A stretch of DNA of 64,000 nucleotides, taken from the NCBI GenBank assembly GCA_028534125.1, contig CM052817.1, positions 77,564,001-77,628,000 on the forward strand, in the 5' to 3' direction. Position numbers and translations under genes: made by a program. The notes under the pieces were generated by a model that searched no databases, was not told the DNA's origin, and saw only the letters and a program-made list of their open reading frames with translations. Origin of the DNA: Lama glama. Lineage: Eukaryota. Positions 38,301 to 52,962 of this stretch are shown here, one piece after another; the stretch's first letter is position 1; each line of letters begins with the position of its first letter.

Positions 38301-38914
38301 ATTTTCAGTTTTTCCAGTGTTTTTCTCTTGCTAAAATTATAAACATAATTGTGAAAATAATTTTCAGATTTTTCTGAGACTATGCTATTTTCAAAGTGAA
38401 AAGCAAAGTTTAATATCCCAGTGGATTTTTTTTTAGCTTTACCTTTAAAAATGTCTCTATTTGCTAGTTTTTATTTATCTGAAACCACATATGGCAGAGT
38501 GTAGCCTTGCCCTCATTTTAGAGCTAACTTAATCCCACAGTGCCTGCAAGCTCTTCAGAATGTACCTCTCCTTGTGATAACTTTCAGCTCACAGTATGCA
38601 GTTAGTTCAAAACTTTATCACTCTAGGAGGATTAGACAAATGGGCCAATTAAGCCTGATGTGAGAGATACTTAAAACCTCTTAACTTCTTAAATAATTGA
38701 AAAACTCCTCATTCTTTCAAACATCACCATGAACAAAATAAATACAACCAATTCGAATGAGGCTAACCCCAAAAGACACTTCACCTTTCAGATGAAATCA
38801 CCTCAAGTTCCTTCAACTGTTCTTGGCAAGATGACTCAGCTTCCTACTTGGTGATCTAATCAATAAAGTGTACAAGTCCTCATTCTCCCGCCTTCTCTCT
38901 GAGCTCATTCTCTC

Positions 38915-39160
38915 CAGGGCTGTGCAATGAAGTGTGGGCTCTGGGTCTGGACTGCCTGGATTTAGGACTGGTGCCATCACTTCCAGTCTGGGTAGGACAG
39001 TCTCAACTCTCAACCTCTAACTCCATTTTCAAAATGCTAATAATACTGACCTTACAGGGTGGCTGTGGATTAAATACACTTAGTTCACACACACAAAGAA
39101 AGTCAAACACGCCAGGTATATGTTAAGTGCTTAATAAGTGTAGCTAGTCACTATTATTAT
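38915..39160 (+). mobile_element. MIR SINE
   Basis: gtgggctctgggtctggactgcctgg..taagtgcttaataagtgtagct..attattat. Confidence 0.6.
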
Positions 39161-39299
39161 ATCCCGTTTCTCTTGTCTTGGCCAAAGAAATGTCTCTTTA
39201 GTGCCTCAGCCACTTCAAAGTCCAGCTCTCTTTCCCTGTCTTGCCGTGCTAGTCTCACACTCACCCTAGATGTCCCCCTTTGACCAAGAATACATTGGC

Positions 39300-40030
39300 T
39301 CTCTTGCTTGTGAGCCACCCCTGCTCAAACACACAGCAAAACAATAAAAAACTTCACAGAATTCAGCCAACACCCTTCTCAGCTATTTCTCTTTCATGCA
39401 AAACCTACATTCCTTACATAGTCTATATTCATTTCCTCATCTTTCTCACCATTTACTCTTCCCTTTTGCAGTTGCACTCCTGAAGCTGCCTTTTCAATAA
39501 TCACCACATCACTGAACCCAGCAGCCTTTTCTCAGTCTTATTTCTTAACCTTTCTATAACAACTGATGGGATCTCCTTCCTTTCAAACTGTTCCACTTGC
39601 CCTTTGTGCCACTGCTGTATCCCAAGTCTGCCTCCCTGCTGAACCACCACTTTCCTTAGCTGGTTTCTCTTCCTATACCTTCCACCTAAATCTCCAGAGT
39701 TCTGCCCTCAGCTTTTCATATCTTTCTGCACTCTCCCCCAACTGCTCCATTCCTATTATTTCATGATCACAGGACTCCCCCATATCCCACGATTAAACTT
39801 CCAAATCGCCGCCTCTAGTTCTGACTACCAGCCCCTCACCACTCCAGTCCTGCCCTCCCTAGTTGTTGATGATGCCCATTTGGCTGTTCTACCAGCACCT
39901 CAAACTTACCATGTTCTAAATCAAATCTATCCATTTTCCTTCTTAATATTTCCCCTTTTGTTAATGAATGGGACTCTCATTCTTTGAATTACCTAGGTCA
40001 AAACATTTGATTAATCACTGACCTCTCTCC
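39300..40030 (+). mobile_element. L2 LINE fragment
   Basis: Long pyrimidine-rich tract with L2-like motifs (cttttctcagtcttattt, cacctcaaacttaccatgt). Confidence 0.55.
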
Positions 40031-41036
40031 CTAATAGCTCGTCACAGAGAAGGCAGTGGTTACGTGCATGTGCTCTGGAGAGACACTGTGTGAGTCTGTA
40101 TCCTCACTCCCCACTTCCTGCCAGTGTGACCTTAGGCACGTGTGACCTTAAGAAGCTTGGCTTCTCCAGCTTCAGCGTGGCCTTCACAGCAGAGCTGTGC
40201 ACTTTCCATGAGAAAATGCGTGTAGGGGCACAGAGGGTGAGCATCTGGCCAGCCACGACAATGATAACAAAGAAACAGAATCTCAGTGATCCATTCATAC
40301 CCTTCTCATTCCTTACGTGACTCTCGTCACATCTCACACAGACTTTATCTACATGGCCTCAAGTAAATTGAAACTCAGAGGGCCAGCCTTGGTTGTAAAT
40401 GTGTAAATGCCTTAAACGTTCATTAATCTCAACCGAGGCAATCTCAGTCAAGACCTAGAACATACGACATTCTACTTACATGTCCATGTGATTTTCTCAC
40501 ATAGCATCCTAAATAAGAATGTAATGAGAATTCAGGAACTGATCTTATTTGAACCCAATTTCACATAACATTCCATAAGCCATATGGTCAGAAATTAAAA
40601 TCACTCTCAATTCTTGATAATGAAGAACACGTTATCAGTATCAAGCTATAAAATCTTTATTGTCGTTACTCTAGCCAAACAACTGCCTTGCAGTCACCTG
40701 TCCATACTTCCCCAGGAACTGAAAACTTGATTTAATTCTGGCTTAAGAAAGATGTAAAGATTATAACAATTATTGGAAAAAAATCAGAATCATACAATGT
40801 ATTGCAAAATCAATATGTTATTATCTTGTGCTCTGTGTTACCAGTGACTTGGCAGCCCTGTAAGAAAGTGGATGTGGTTAAATACTTTTATAAATGTCTA
40901 TCCAAATGTTTACCACATTTAATTAAATATCTAGGGGACCATTACCAGAAGAAGCAGTTACCGGAGAGAAGCACGATTTTTATTAGTTAGCTGCCTGTAG
41001 TCAGTCATTTTTATAAAGAAAAAGGAGGAGGATTAC

Positions 41037-41096
41037 CGCTAGGGACTGGAGCTCTCTTGTTTCTTCCTCTGCTGCTGAAGCATGATAGGACAGAAC
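41037..41096 (-). CDS. PDE5A: PDE5A coding exon (exon 11 equivalent), [20 protein letters not shown]
   Basis: Manual translation; 60 nt; acceptor ttaccctgcag, donor gtaatc. Confidence 0.96.
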
Positions 41097-42829
41097 CTGC
41101 AGGGTAAGAAAAGAAGAAACGCAGGTTTACAGGAGAGGACTGCCAAATGGAGACTACAATTTCAAGCTTGGGATTCTGCTAAAGCTTCCCTCAGAGATAA
41201 CTAGACTCCTCAGAATGCCGTATCTTGTTTGCTGCTTTCTTTAACAGAAAGAAAACCCCAGATTTTGATTCAATTGCTTATTTTGGAAACAAAAAGCTAT
41301 ACTCTCTATGTTCAAAGAAAACACTTATCACTTTTATTCTGACATTGTTGATATAACAAACATATTATTTATAAGCCATACTATTAGCTCAAACTTGGCA
41401 GAAAATTCATTTTGTGTTGCTTTTAAAAACAAATACTGACTTCAGTTATTTTGACTTGTGCACAGAATTAAGAAAAAGATCTTTGTATAAAGTAACATTT
41501 TTAGCTTTGCTATTTGGAAAGGAAGTAGTCTAGAAGTGGCTCTCGGATTAGGCCTGTAATAACCGCTGTAGAATTCCTAAGGAAAAACTGCATGGCTGAG
41601 ATATAATGTCACACAGACTCAGGGATCCCTTTATACTCATAGGATTCAAGAGCTGAGAATAGGGCTGGCCTATAAATCCATCCAGGAACAGCGGACACCT
41701 ACGCTCAGGGATTCTCACGACCTGGCTGCGAGCTCACACCCAGTGAGAAGACAAGAGGGCCCAGGACCCAGCTTTCAACTCCTAGTACACTTTCCGTTAA
41801 CCTCGTGGAGTAAGTTATAAGAAGATAGTAAATCAGGTTTACTATCTTCTCATATGATTTAACATGAGACTCATTAATTCCCATTTTCAAAAGTGATAGC
41901 TACTAAGTAATGGGATAATATTTTAGACATTCTTTTAAATCAAAGTAGTGGCTGCATTTAAAATGGTCTATCTTATTTTTAAAAATATATTTTTAAAGTC
42001 CATTTTTGACAGAGTCAACACAGATTTACTAAAATCCCCAAAAGTTTTAAAATCAATGATAACAAGGTATCCCATTTTTAGACTTTAAATGGGGAGCCAA
42101 GTAATTCAGCAGCCCAAACTAGTTGTCCGTGAACCACGTTTTAAAATTTTAAGCAATTTAAAATCTAAAGCCAAATGGTACACGTCTACCATCTTGTGAT
42201 TCAGAATGTAATAATATCATGCCACATGGGATCTGTCTTAGCATTGGAACCCATTAATCACGAGAAACCTCAGGAAACTTGGAGCTGCTATCTCCTGTTC
42301 CTGTGAAACTGACAGGTCACAGCTGCTAACCCGCTGACACCCCAGAGGTGGTTTGCTGAGAAAAGCTAAGACTGTGACCGTGACTTAGTCTTACATAAAT
42401 CAGAGCACTGCAACATGGATAAACGAATAAAGAAATAACACAACACTGTAAGTTCCACAAGTTAATTTTATCACACAATGAAGATAAAAGCAGCACCCTA
42501 CTCATCGGGTTGTAGAGATTACTTGTTTTAGAACAAGTGAGAACAGAGCAAGCATTTACCAAAGGCTAGCTATTATTGTTGTTTTTCTGTCATAGTGATC
42601 ATGTCTTCCAGGTCAAAATAATTCCCTGTCATAAGGAAATAGGAGTGGTTTGTGTCCCTAGCTTTTATCTAATGCTTCATAAGAAAAATTTTTTCAAGGT
42701 TAAACCTGTGATCATAGGTATGACTTCCTATAATGAACTGAAATTAAACACACCATGTGAAAGCCTAACTACTCATATATTTAACTGAAGTAAAACTTCA
42801 GTGCAAAAATAGAAATAAATCTCAATCGG

Positions 42830-43060
42830 GAAAATATTTGAAGATTTTGAACAAAATGATATGGTACCTGAGACTTGCTTCAAAATTATCAGTGGATTAA
42901 CAGGGAAGAAGAATGCAGAGAAGTGAAAAAGGGTACGGATGGAATGAGAGTAGCCATGGATCCTTAACTATTGAAGATGGCTAATAAGCACATGGGGGCT
43001 CATTAAACTATTCTTTCTACTTTTGTATATGTTTGAAAATTTCAGTACTACAAAGGTTTT
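42830..43060 (+). mobile_element. Ancient L1 (L1M-type) 3' end
   Basis: atgatatgg..gacttgcttcaaaat..gggggctcattaaactattctttctacttttgtatatgtttgaaaatttc. Confidence 0.6.
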
Positions 43061-44265
43061 TTTTAAAAAAATTTCTAATCAATAGCTGGCTTAGATTCAT
43101 TTCTTCAGTGCAAAACCATGGAAATGGCAAAAAATTAAAAATTAAAGTCATGCACATATGCACACACGCACACATATGTGTATATGAGCACATAAATGTA
43201 ATTTGAAACATACATATATGTGTGTGTGTATATATATATACACACACATACATATATTTGAAACTGAGATTTCCACTGGTTTATAATACAAAGTCTCTTA
43301 TGTAACACTACAGCAAAACTATTAGTTTTACATATATATTCATGGTGGAAAGTGAAGTGTACCATCTTGGTTATTGATTAATCTTGACTTATGCATATCT
43401 TTCTAGCTCTTGAGTTAAACTATTTTTTCATTAGGGATTGAAGGAAAAGTTACCATCCATATCCCAAACATTGATTCCCAATAATCTTGACTAGGTAAGT
43501 GTAGGCAAACATTCAAATATATTTCACACCAGCGTTTGAATGACTAAGTAATGCCCTATATGAAGTCCATTTCCCCAAACTGGTCTATGATGTAAGAAAT
43601 TTCTGTGTTACACGAAGTGAACATTTTCAGGCAGTTAGTGAAATACACTTGGAAAGGACTGGCCCCACTTATTTGGATAGTCCTACTGGGGAAGGAGGTC
43701 AGTTCCTCAAGCCAGTGGTTCACATTCAGAATCAGCTAGGGGAGCTTTGTAATCGTGTAGACTCTCAGCCTCTTCCCAAGACTTACTGTATCAGAATTTT
43801 CAGAAGCGGGATCCACAAATCTGTAGTTTGAAAGTTTCCCCTTTCCTCATTTCTGATTCAGAGTGTTTAGGATTTCTGTTTTTGTTTTTTATAGTGTGTG
43901 AACACAACTGCTCATGAGGAGAGACGGGGAGGCTGAGGCAATGGGGAAGGGACAGATGGTGGCAGAAGACATCTGTGTGAAGGGATTATTATGGTCAAGG
44001 ATTGCTTTCTACCAAAAACAAGCAGAGGACTGAAGGGACAAACAGCTTGAGTTCTGGTTTGGTGATATGACCTTTGACAAGTTTCTAAAATATTCTGGGG
44101 TCTCAGTTTCATCAGCTGTTTAAAAGAGGAAATAAGGATCTGATCATCTAAAATCATATGATTCTCATGAGGATACAAAGATATAACAGACAGACACCAA
44201 GTGTCATTACGAGAAAGAGGTACAAGCTGAGTGGCCACAGAGACGGAGAATTCCTGTAAGTGTCA

Positions 44266-44508
<243 letters not shown>

Positions 44509-45137
44509 TCACAAACACCACCCTTCCCGAAGACTGTTTTACACTTCCTTCTTGGGACTGCTTACCATCGCCAAACATGCAAACGAATCTTCACAAACAT
44601 AAGCTAGAAAAGTTAACTGAATGCATTTACATAAGAACTTGTTTCACAGAGTCTTAAATGTATGTTGCCTGTGTTCAAAAAACCCTAGACTGCTATTTTC
44701 TTCCAGACTTGGTCTCAAATTCTAGATCAGTTGAGTCCCCAAAGACAATTTGTCCTTTGAAGACTAATTGGATTTTTGTACACTTGCCAAGAGAACAATT
44801 TTGATGCACATCAGAATTTTGGGTCACACAGACTGCCTTCCCTTACTCAGAAACCAGAAGTTAAAAAATACAATTACATACAAGTAGAAACAGGCAATTC
44901 ATACAGACCATCTCAAATTTCAAATATGCACCTCTGCATCCAGGAGAATGGTATTTGCAGATCACTTCTGATACTGCAAATAAATGCACATAGAAGTAAC
45001 TATTTACTTAGAGAGAAAAGCAGAACTAACCTTTGAAGAAAATCATAATATATCCTGCCAAGTCCTGGCCTCTCTTAGAAAGTCAAACATATATAGCCAA
45101 TATAAGTGTAAGATTACATCAAATCTTTTTAAAAAAA

Positions 45138-45637
45138 NNNNNNNNNNNNNNNNNNNNNNNNNNNNNNNNNNNNNNNNNNNNNNNNNNNNNNNNNNNNNNN
45201 NNNNNNNNNNNNNNNNNNNNNNNNNNNNNNNNNNNNNNNNNNNNNNNNNNNNNNNNNNNNNNNNNNNNNNNNNNNNNNNNNNNNNNNNNNNNNNNNNNNN
45301 NNNNNNNNNNNNNNNNNNNNNNNNNNNNNNNNNNNNNNNNNNNNNNNNNNNNNNNNNNNNNNNNNNNNNNNNNNNNNNNNNNNNNNNNNNNNNNNNNNNN
45401 NNNNNNNNNNNNNNNNNNNNNNNNNNNNNNNNNNNNNNNNNNNNNNNNNNNNNNNNNNNNNNNNNNNNNNNNNNNNNNNNNNNNNNNNNNNNNNNNNNNN
45501 NNNNNNNNNNNNNNNNNNNNNNNNNNNNNNNNNNNNNNNNNNNNNNNNNNNNNNNNNNNNNNNNNNNNNNNNNNNNNNNNNNNNNNNNNNNNNNNNNNNN
45601 NNNNNNNNNNNNNNNNNNNNNNNNNNNNNNNNNNNNN
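45138..45637. other. Assembly gap (500 N) within the PDE5A intron between exons 9 and 10
   Basis: Run of exactly 500 N; exon order and phase are consistent across it. Confidence 1.
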
Positions 45638-45649
45638 TGCTGCGTAAAA

Positions 45650-48200
45650 TAATTTCTCAAATAACTGAGTCATCTTTAAAGTTTTCAACTATAGTGTCTT
45701 GCTTTTAAAAGAAGCTTCCCCAATTTTTCCCCATTTTAAGATTACATATAAACCTATATTTTCCTCTAGTACTTTTATAGTTTCATCTATCACACTTAAT
45801 CTTCTAATTCTACTTAAATTTTTTCCCTGAATTGCTACTGGATTCTTATAAAACTTAAATAGTTATCCATTCTCTAATCATTTGAATTGCCACCTTAAAT
45901 AATAAATTCATACTTATTTCAACTATGTACTTTTCCCACATTTTAATTTTATGGTATTAGTATGTATACTAATCAAATTCTTGTCAATTGAAATCATTTT
46001 TTTCTTTCTTAGAGGTACATAAAATGGTGTCTTTCAATCAATGGCATTTAGGAACAATGAAGTATACTATGTCATACACGATAACACAAACATTATATAC
46101 ACCAGACTTGGGTCTGCATTTAGACTTTCTATTGTGTTCCATCAATCTTGCCATCTCTTTTAGCACACATATAGTAATTTTAATTATACTACTTTTACAG
46201 CATTATGTTAATTTCTGGTAAGGCAAATCTCTATCCATCAACTCTGACTATGTTATTCTTTGAGATAAGTTTCATAAATGATTCTTTTTATGTTATTCTT
46301 TCAGATAAATTTTATATATGTTGTTCAAGAACTCCCCCCTCTCCTGAAAAAAAATCTTACAAAGATATGTATTAGAATTGATGTAAATCTAAACTGCAAA
46401 AATTACCAGCTTACAAAACAGATTCTTATTGTCAGGAAATGTTCTGCCAGTTCACTTACGAAAAATTTTCAAGTTACTCAGTAGACTTTTATAGTTTTCC
46501 TCATCTAGATGTTCCTATATCTGGCAAAGTTTCTTTCTTGTTACTATTGTCAATGGGATTGTTTTCCATTATTATTTATCTTGGCATGTAAGAAAGTTAT
46601 TTTTCTTTAATAATTTGATAGCCAGACATTGTGCTATATACCAGAAACTGACACATTGTAACTGACTATACTTCAGTAAAAAAATAAATAATAATTTGAT
46701 AGCCAGGCACTTCTTCAACTCTCTTTTTAGATAGGTACTTTTAGCTGATTCTCTTGGGTTTCTCCATTTAACAATCATATCATTTTGGAAGTTATTTTGC
46801 CTCTTCCTTTTCCATGCCTCACCTTATTTCATCCTTTCCTGTCACCTGATTGCTTTGGTAAGAATTTACCTCAGGCAATAGAAAAATATTAAACTCTCCT
46901 TGAGTTAGTATTGGTTATTACTAATTTTTATAGAATCTCTCCATTTCATCAAAATGTATTGGTACACTGCCTTGTCTAAAATCTTTCAAAAAATTTCTTC
47001 TGTATCTGAAACCACAATTCCCTTCTAATTCCTGTATGTGTTTCTCTTATTTTCCTCATTATCTGTGTTGGAGATTTGTTTTTTATTATTGTGTTTGCCC
47101 ATTACCTCTTGTTTTACTATCCCTTCTCCTTTCATAAATTAATCTTTTCAATTTCTTTCCTCTGCTTTCCTTCTTCCTATTTGTTTACTTTTGGGGGCAG
47201 CATAGAGGGTGAGAAAGAAAAAGGCGTTATCATTCTAATTTCTTCTGTTGAACACACAATTCAAATAATGTCATTATTTCCTGATTAATAGTAACAAAAT
47301 ATTTAAAGCTATATACCTCCTCTGAGTGTAGCTTTGACTGTGTACCTTGAGTTTTTATGTTAAATTGATACAACCATTGATTTTCCAAAATGTTACAGTT
47401 TCATTTTGACCTTTGATGTTTTTCTTCGTCACTTGGGAGAATATTTTTCAGTTTCTAAGGGAGCTTTTTCCTTCCGGTTTATCCTTTTATTACACATTTC
47501 TAGTTTTACTGCAATGTGGTCCAGGGGAGTAGCTATCAGTTCTAATTCTTAGTAATGACCGAGTTTGTTGTATGTGTGTATGTCACCAACATTCATAAAT
47601 TTTGGATGGACATTTGACAGGAATTCGTATTTTTAAATTATGAAATATAAAAGTAAACCTATACATGCTGATTAAATCATTTCATTTTCATATTAATCAA
47701 GTCTAATGTTTCCTTATTTTTTCCTATACTTTAACATTCTATGAAAAGTGTACCAAAGCTCGCACTATGACTACCATTTTGCCCATTTCTCCTTGTGTTT
47801 TTAATAGCTTTGACTTTTATATGTCAATGATGTTATTTAGTTTGTTCGAAGCATTTATGACAATTATATTTTCCTCTGTGGATTTAACTTAGTCAATGCA
47901 AAGCGATTCTGTATTTTATATGTTTTTACCTTGAATAGAGATAACATTGTTATCGCAAAATTTTGCCCATTTTGTGTAAAATGGGTTCTTCAAATAGTAT
48001 ATACTTCATATCTTCCAGACATTCCCCAATGTTTCTTGTCCAATAAAGGTAAGCTTCTCTGTTTTTCAGGGCTACTATGAAATTTCTCTTTTTTTTCTAT
48101 TTCTTCAATCAATTCTTGAAACTATATTCCTTATATTTATTTTTATTTTGTAGATTTTATTTTTATAATTTTCAAGCTATAATTTCCTTTTTTCTCCCTC
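45650..48200 (-). mobile_element. Highly decayed ancient L1 fragments
   Basis: T-rich tract with antisense L1 ORF2-like motifs (gattctcttgggtttctcc, cctcctctgagtgtagctttg). Confidence 0.5.
46626..46688 (+). mobile_element. Ultra-truncated L1 3' tail with a perfect 18-bp target-site duplication
   Basis: ccagaaactgacacattgtaactgactatacttcagt plus A-rich tail; TSD taataatttgatagccag at 46608-46625 and 46689-46706. Confidence 0.85.
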
Positions 48201-51200
48201 ATTTTCTTCTAATTATTACTGCCCCTACAGTCATATTTCCTGGCACTTCTTATTACTAAGCATAATTTATAATTCTCTAACTAGGAGAAAAAAAAAACAG
48301 ATACTTTAAGCAGTATGTACCATGGATGACACTGCACAGTTTAATTATACTTGCATTATGAAAATCCTAGCAAATATTTTATAAACAAATGAACAATTAG
48401 TGATACTGACAGATGATAAAATTTAATATGAAAAATGAAACTAAGTAGAAGTCAAATTTAAACTTACATGATTTTAGAATATTTACTTTTGCTTTGGAAT
48501 CATACTGCAACACATAAATAAGCAGAGGATTAAGACAGTAATCAGTTTGGAAAATACCTTCAGTAAAAAGTACATACGTGTCTCTCAGACTTCACTGTCA
48601 AACAATGAGTGGTATAATACTATAATTTTTATTACTTTTTCACTAAAAACAGAGATGGAAATGTAAGTCATAACAAAAGTGGACATGTTCTCAACAACTT
48701 TTTTTGACATGGGAATGGAACTAATTTCTTCAGAATACACCCTGAAATTGGTATGGAAAATAGGCATTAAGAATTTCTGGTAAATATGATAGGAGAAAAA
48801 GGCAAATTTAGCCTAATAAATAGGGGAAATAATTGGTTAAAATAAATGAATGTTGAATGAGGAAAATATTTTCTTAATAGTGTTGGAAACACTCTATCAG
48901 ACAGAGCACTAAGGAAACATGTAATATGAAACGATACCTCAGGGGAATACATTTGATGATACAACAGGCCCCGTCCTGGTCTAATGTCTGTAATTTCATC
49001 TAATTGTCAGTAATGGGGAAAAAGGAAGGGGAAAGAAGATTACAAAAACCACATGGGCTCGTCTGTCTTTCTGCATGTAACTCTGTGGGGATTCTGTATT
49101 AGAATTACATAATAGCAGAATCTGGTCTGTGACACCAAGAAAAATTATCTACAGCCATGATATTTTCCATGCTACATCTGTGAGTACAAAGTACAGTCAA
49201 GAATTCAAATTCTCTGTTTTGTCACACTTATGAGACAGCAGGGAATACTGAAAAATTTTCCTCTTGGAATTAACTTGAGCCCCCACCAGAAACCCCACTA
49301 GGGAAATCTTTTTCTTTCTTTCTTTCTTTTTATTGACAGGGAATTTTTCCTTTCCAAAAACAACATTTGCTTACTTTTGGCTCTGTTGTCAAGCAGGGTG
49401 ACATAAAATGTATGCCAAGAGAAGTCTGATTATTTCAACTGTTTCGGTTTTTTCTTTTGTCTGCTCACTTGCCTAAAACAGATCTGAATTTTTGTCACGC
49501 AGATCTGAAAGGTGATTTAGTCCAGCTCCACAGAGGTGAGTAACGTGCCCATAATGTTTTAAATGCTTAAAGGAAGAACGGAGCCAGCAGGATGTCGTGA
49601 GTCCTATTCCAGAGCAGGGAACTTTGCACTTGCCCACACTAACTTTTATTTATCAAATGTGTAAAGTGATGGAAAAAGCCTGATGTATAACCTCCTCCAG
49701 CCACTCCCCATTTCCCATTATTATTCCAAAGAGCTGCTGCTCAGAAAAAGCAAAGATGTGACTCGATGTGACAAGTTGCCACTCTGTCCTCCTTCTTATC
49801 AGAAGTTAATAGTAAACAATGCATCACTTCTGGAATTCATGTCACATTTTCAAAAGTCGAAGGCAGCTTGTGGCAAACTTTATATCAAAAAGCATTTTTT
49901 AAAAAGCATAACATTTATCAGGTAGTTTTCACCTAACACCCTATGATATAAAATTTAATAACCTATATTTTTACTTGGTATCATAGTGTAGGGCACCCTC
50001 ATCACTTTCCTTTTGTCGTTTATGTTAGAAGTCTGATCGGTGATAATCTTGCAAAGAGAGCTGACATATGAATTCACTAGGCTTTCCTGTTTCCTCTAAG
50101 AATTGAGAACAGTGCAGGTGATGAACAGCCTTCAGAGTCGCCAGGCTGGCTTCCATGAGGTTTTATGAGGCAATTCACCTGGGTCAGTGAGCCCAGCCCT
50201 GTAGGCTTAGAAACTAGATTACCATGCTGAGGACAGATCCCACTCTCTGGGGTTGAGAACAGTATCTAAGTTCACAAGACAATTGTTAAAAGCAGAATAG
50301 TATCAATGTCCAACAAGAGAAAGATTCTGCCCCAGGTACGTGAACCTGCAGCTCCAGCCTATTGCCTGACTTATGCCAGGTTCAATGATTTATGGTAAGA
50401 AATAAGTGGCAAAGTGATCAATACATTTGAGAGCATATGAAAAAATGCATTCTCTTCCTGTGAGTTAACATATCTCAGAAAGAAAATAATCAGAACAAGG
50501 ACAGTCAGATTGGTGGGCTGTATAATGGCATAAACCCATGGATCTGCCTTGCGGTAGGGAGGCACACCAGCAAAGGGACTGGAATCACTGAGGAGTAACC
50601 GGCTACAACTTGCTGCATCCATGGCCACTCAACTGCTAGTCCTGACAAGTGGCCAGAATACTCTATGCACAGATTCAACCCTCTACCTCCATCACCACAT
50701 GAGGGGCAAAGGGTCCCTGACACCTGGACAGAGCTGGAGAGGTACTTTTAATATTTGCCTTTTTTTTTTCCTATTTTCATGACTGTTATCTCCCCCTCCT
50801 CCACCTTTCTGACTGACACTCTCCTTTAATAAAATTATACTCAAGTCTTGCAACTTGGAAACTACTCAGAATTTTTAAGGTAAATTTATTTATCTAAGCC
50901 TTGCTCTCTTAGGGTTTTTACTTAAAAGTTGAGCCTTTAAAAGGCACTCATACTTGCTTTATTCCAAGTTCCTGAGGGATTAACAGTTCAGTCCATTTTC
51001 ACATGATTGGCATATAAAACCCCACATTTCCTGTTCTAATCTTAATGTAACTTGCAATGCCATGAAACAAGTATATCAGCAATAGGAAACATCATCCCAT
51101 TTTTCTGAGAATGACGTCTTCCCCTATTCCTGAAGCACTTTTTTTTACTAACCTTCCCTGAGACAGGAATTTTTGCTTGTTCACTGATTTATCCCAAGCA

Positions 51201-51579
51201 TTTATGTCTAAAGCAGTGGAGTGTTCAATAAATATTTCTGATGAGTGAACGAATACAACCTACAATCTAAATAAACCACATATTCAAAAAAGAAAAATCA
51301 GAAACCAAGAAGTGAGAGACTCTAAAAGAATACACATTATCAACTTGATATCTCTGTCTAATAATTTTCAACATGCCATTCTTAAAACTTCTGTTGAAAT
51401 AGGATGATAATTACAAAATACATTATTGTCAATATTTAACAAATGTTTGTTGACATTCAGCAATATAAAATTATTTCCAAATTCTTTCATCATTCCAATT
51501 TTTATCTTTTTTCACACATTTTATTCTTTAAATTTACTCTTGAAAGAAAGAAATTTCTAAGAATACATGTTTCTCTTTA

Positions 51580-51771
<192 letters not shown>

Positions 51772-52629
51772 CTATATAAACTACACTGGACATCTGAAGC
51801 CACTAATATATTCATCTTTTAGTAGCTAGAGATAATATCAGAGTGCAGAAAATGTATAAATTATAATGAAATTCATATAAATGTAATATAAAGTGATCAG
51901 TCTTTACACTATTAAAAATAATAAATATCCTATATGAATTTTTTCCATTTTAAACATTCCAAGTAGCTTATAGTAATACTAAGCAAAGTGTTTATTCAGT
52001 TTCTACTATCCCCGTGCAGTAGATGTCTCAAATAACAAGAGTGGCAGGAGCCAAAAGCATTACTCCGCCTAGGATACTACGAGTTACAAATTTATCCTTT
52101 AGTCCTACCACTGTTTCTAGTGCCCGTATTGCTAAAAGTTCTAAAAACATTTCCTAGATATGCAAACAACAAAATCAAGGCAGCTACCTCAAAGTGCAAT
52201 ACTTTCCTTAAGTAAGAAGTGAGAAAATACTAGAATTCAAAGTTTCCAATGTCTGAAAAACTGATCTGTGTAGCTTTCCTGATGAGGAAAACAGATAATC
52301 ATTTTTCCACAGAGCTGTTCACTTTGGTGCATCACCGATTACATACATTAAGCCAAATGGAACTTAATTTTTGAGAATAAATTCAAGAACTCTAGCAATA
52401 CTATCTAAAGTTTGTCATTGACATTAAGTGGGTAATAGTTAAGGTACCTCAAAATTAGTTTATGATAATTCATTCACACATGTTAAAAAAAAACTGATAA
52501 AAGTACAGAGAAAAATACTCAACTACAGCTGACCACCTCTCAACAGATGTTAGGAGATGTTTTATTCTTCCTTGAATCAGGGAAAGCAGAGATCACTCCC
52601 AGAGAGCCAATTCTGGGGCCTGTCCTTCA

Positions 52630-52962
<333 letters not shown>

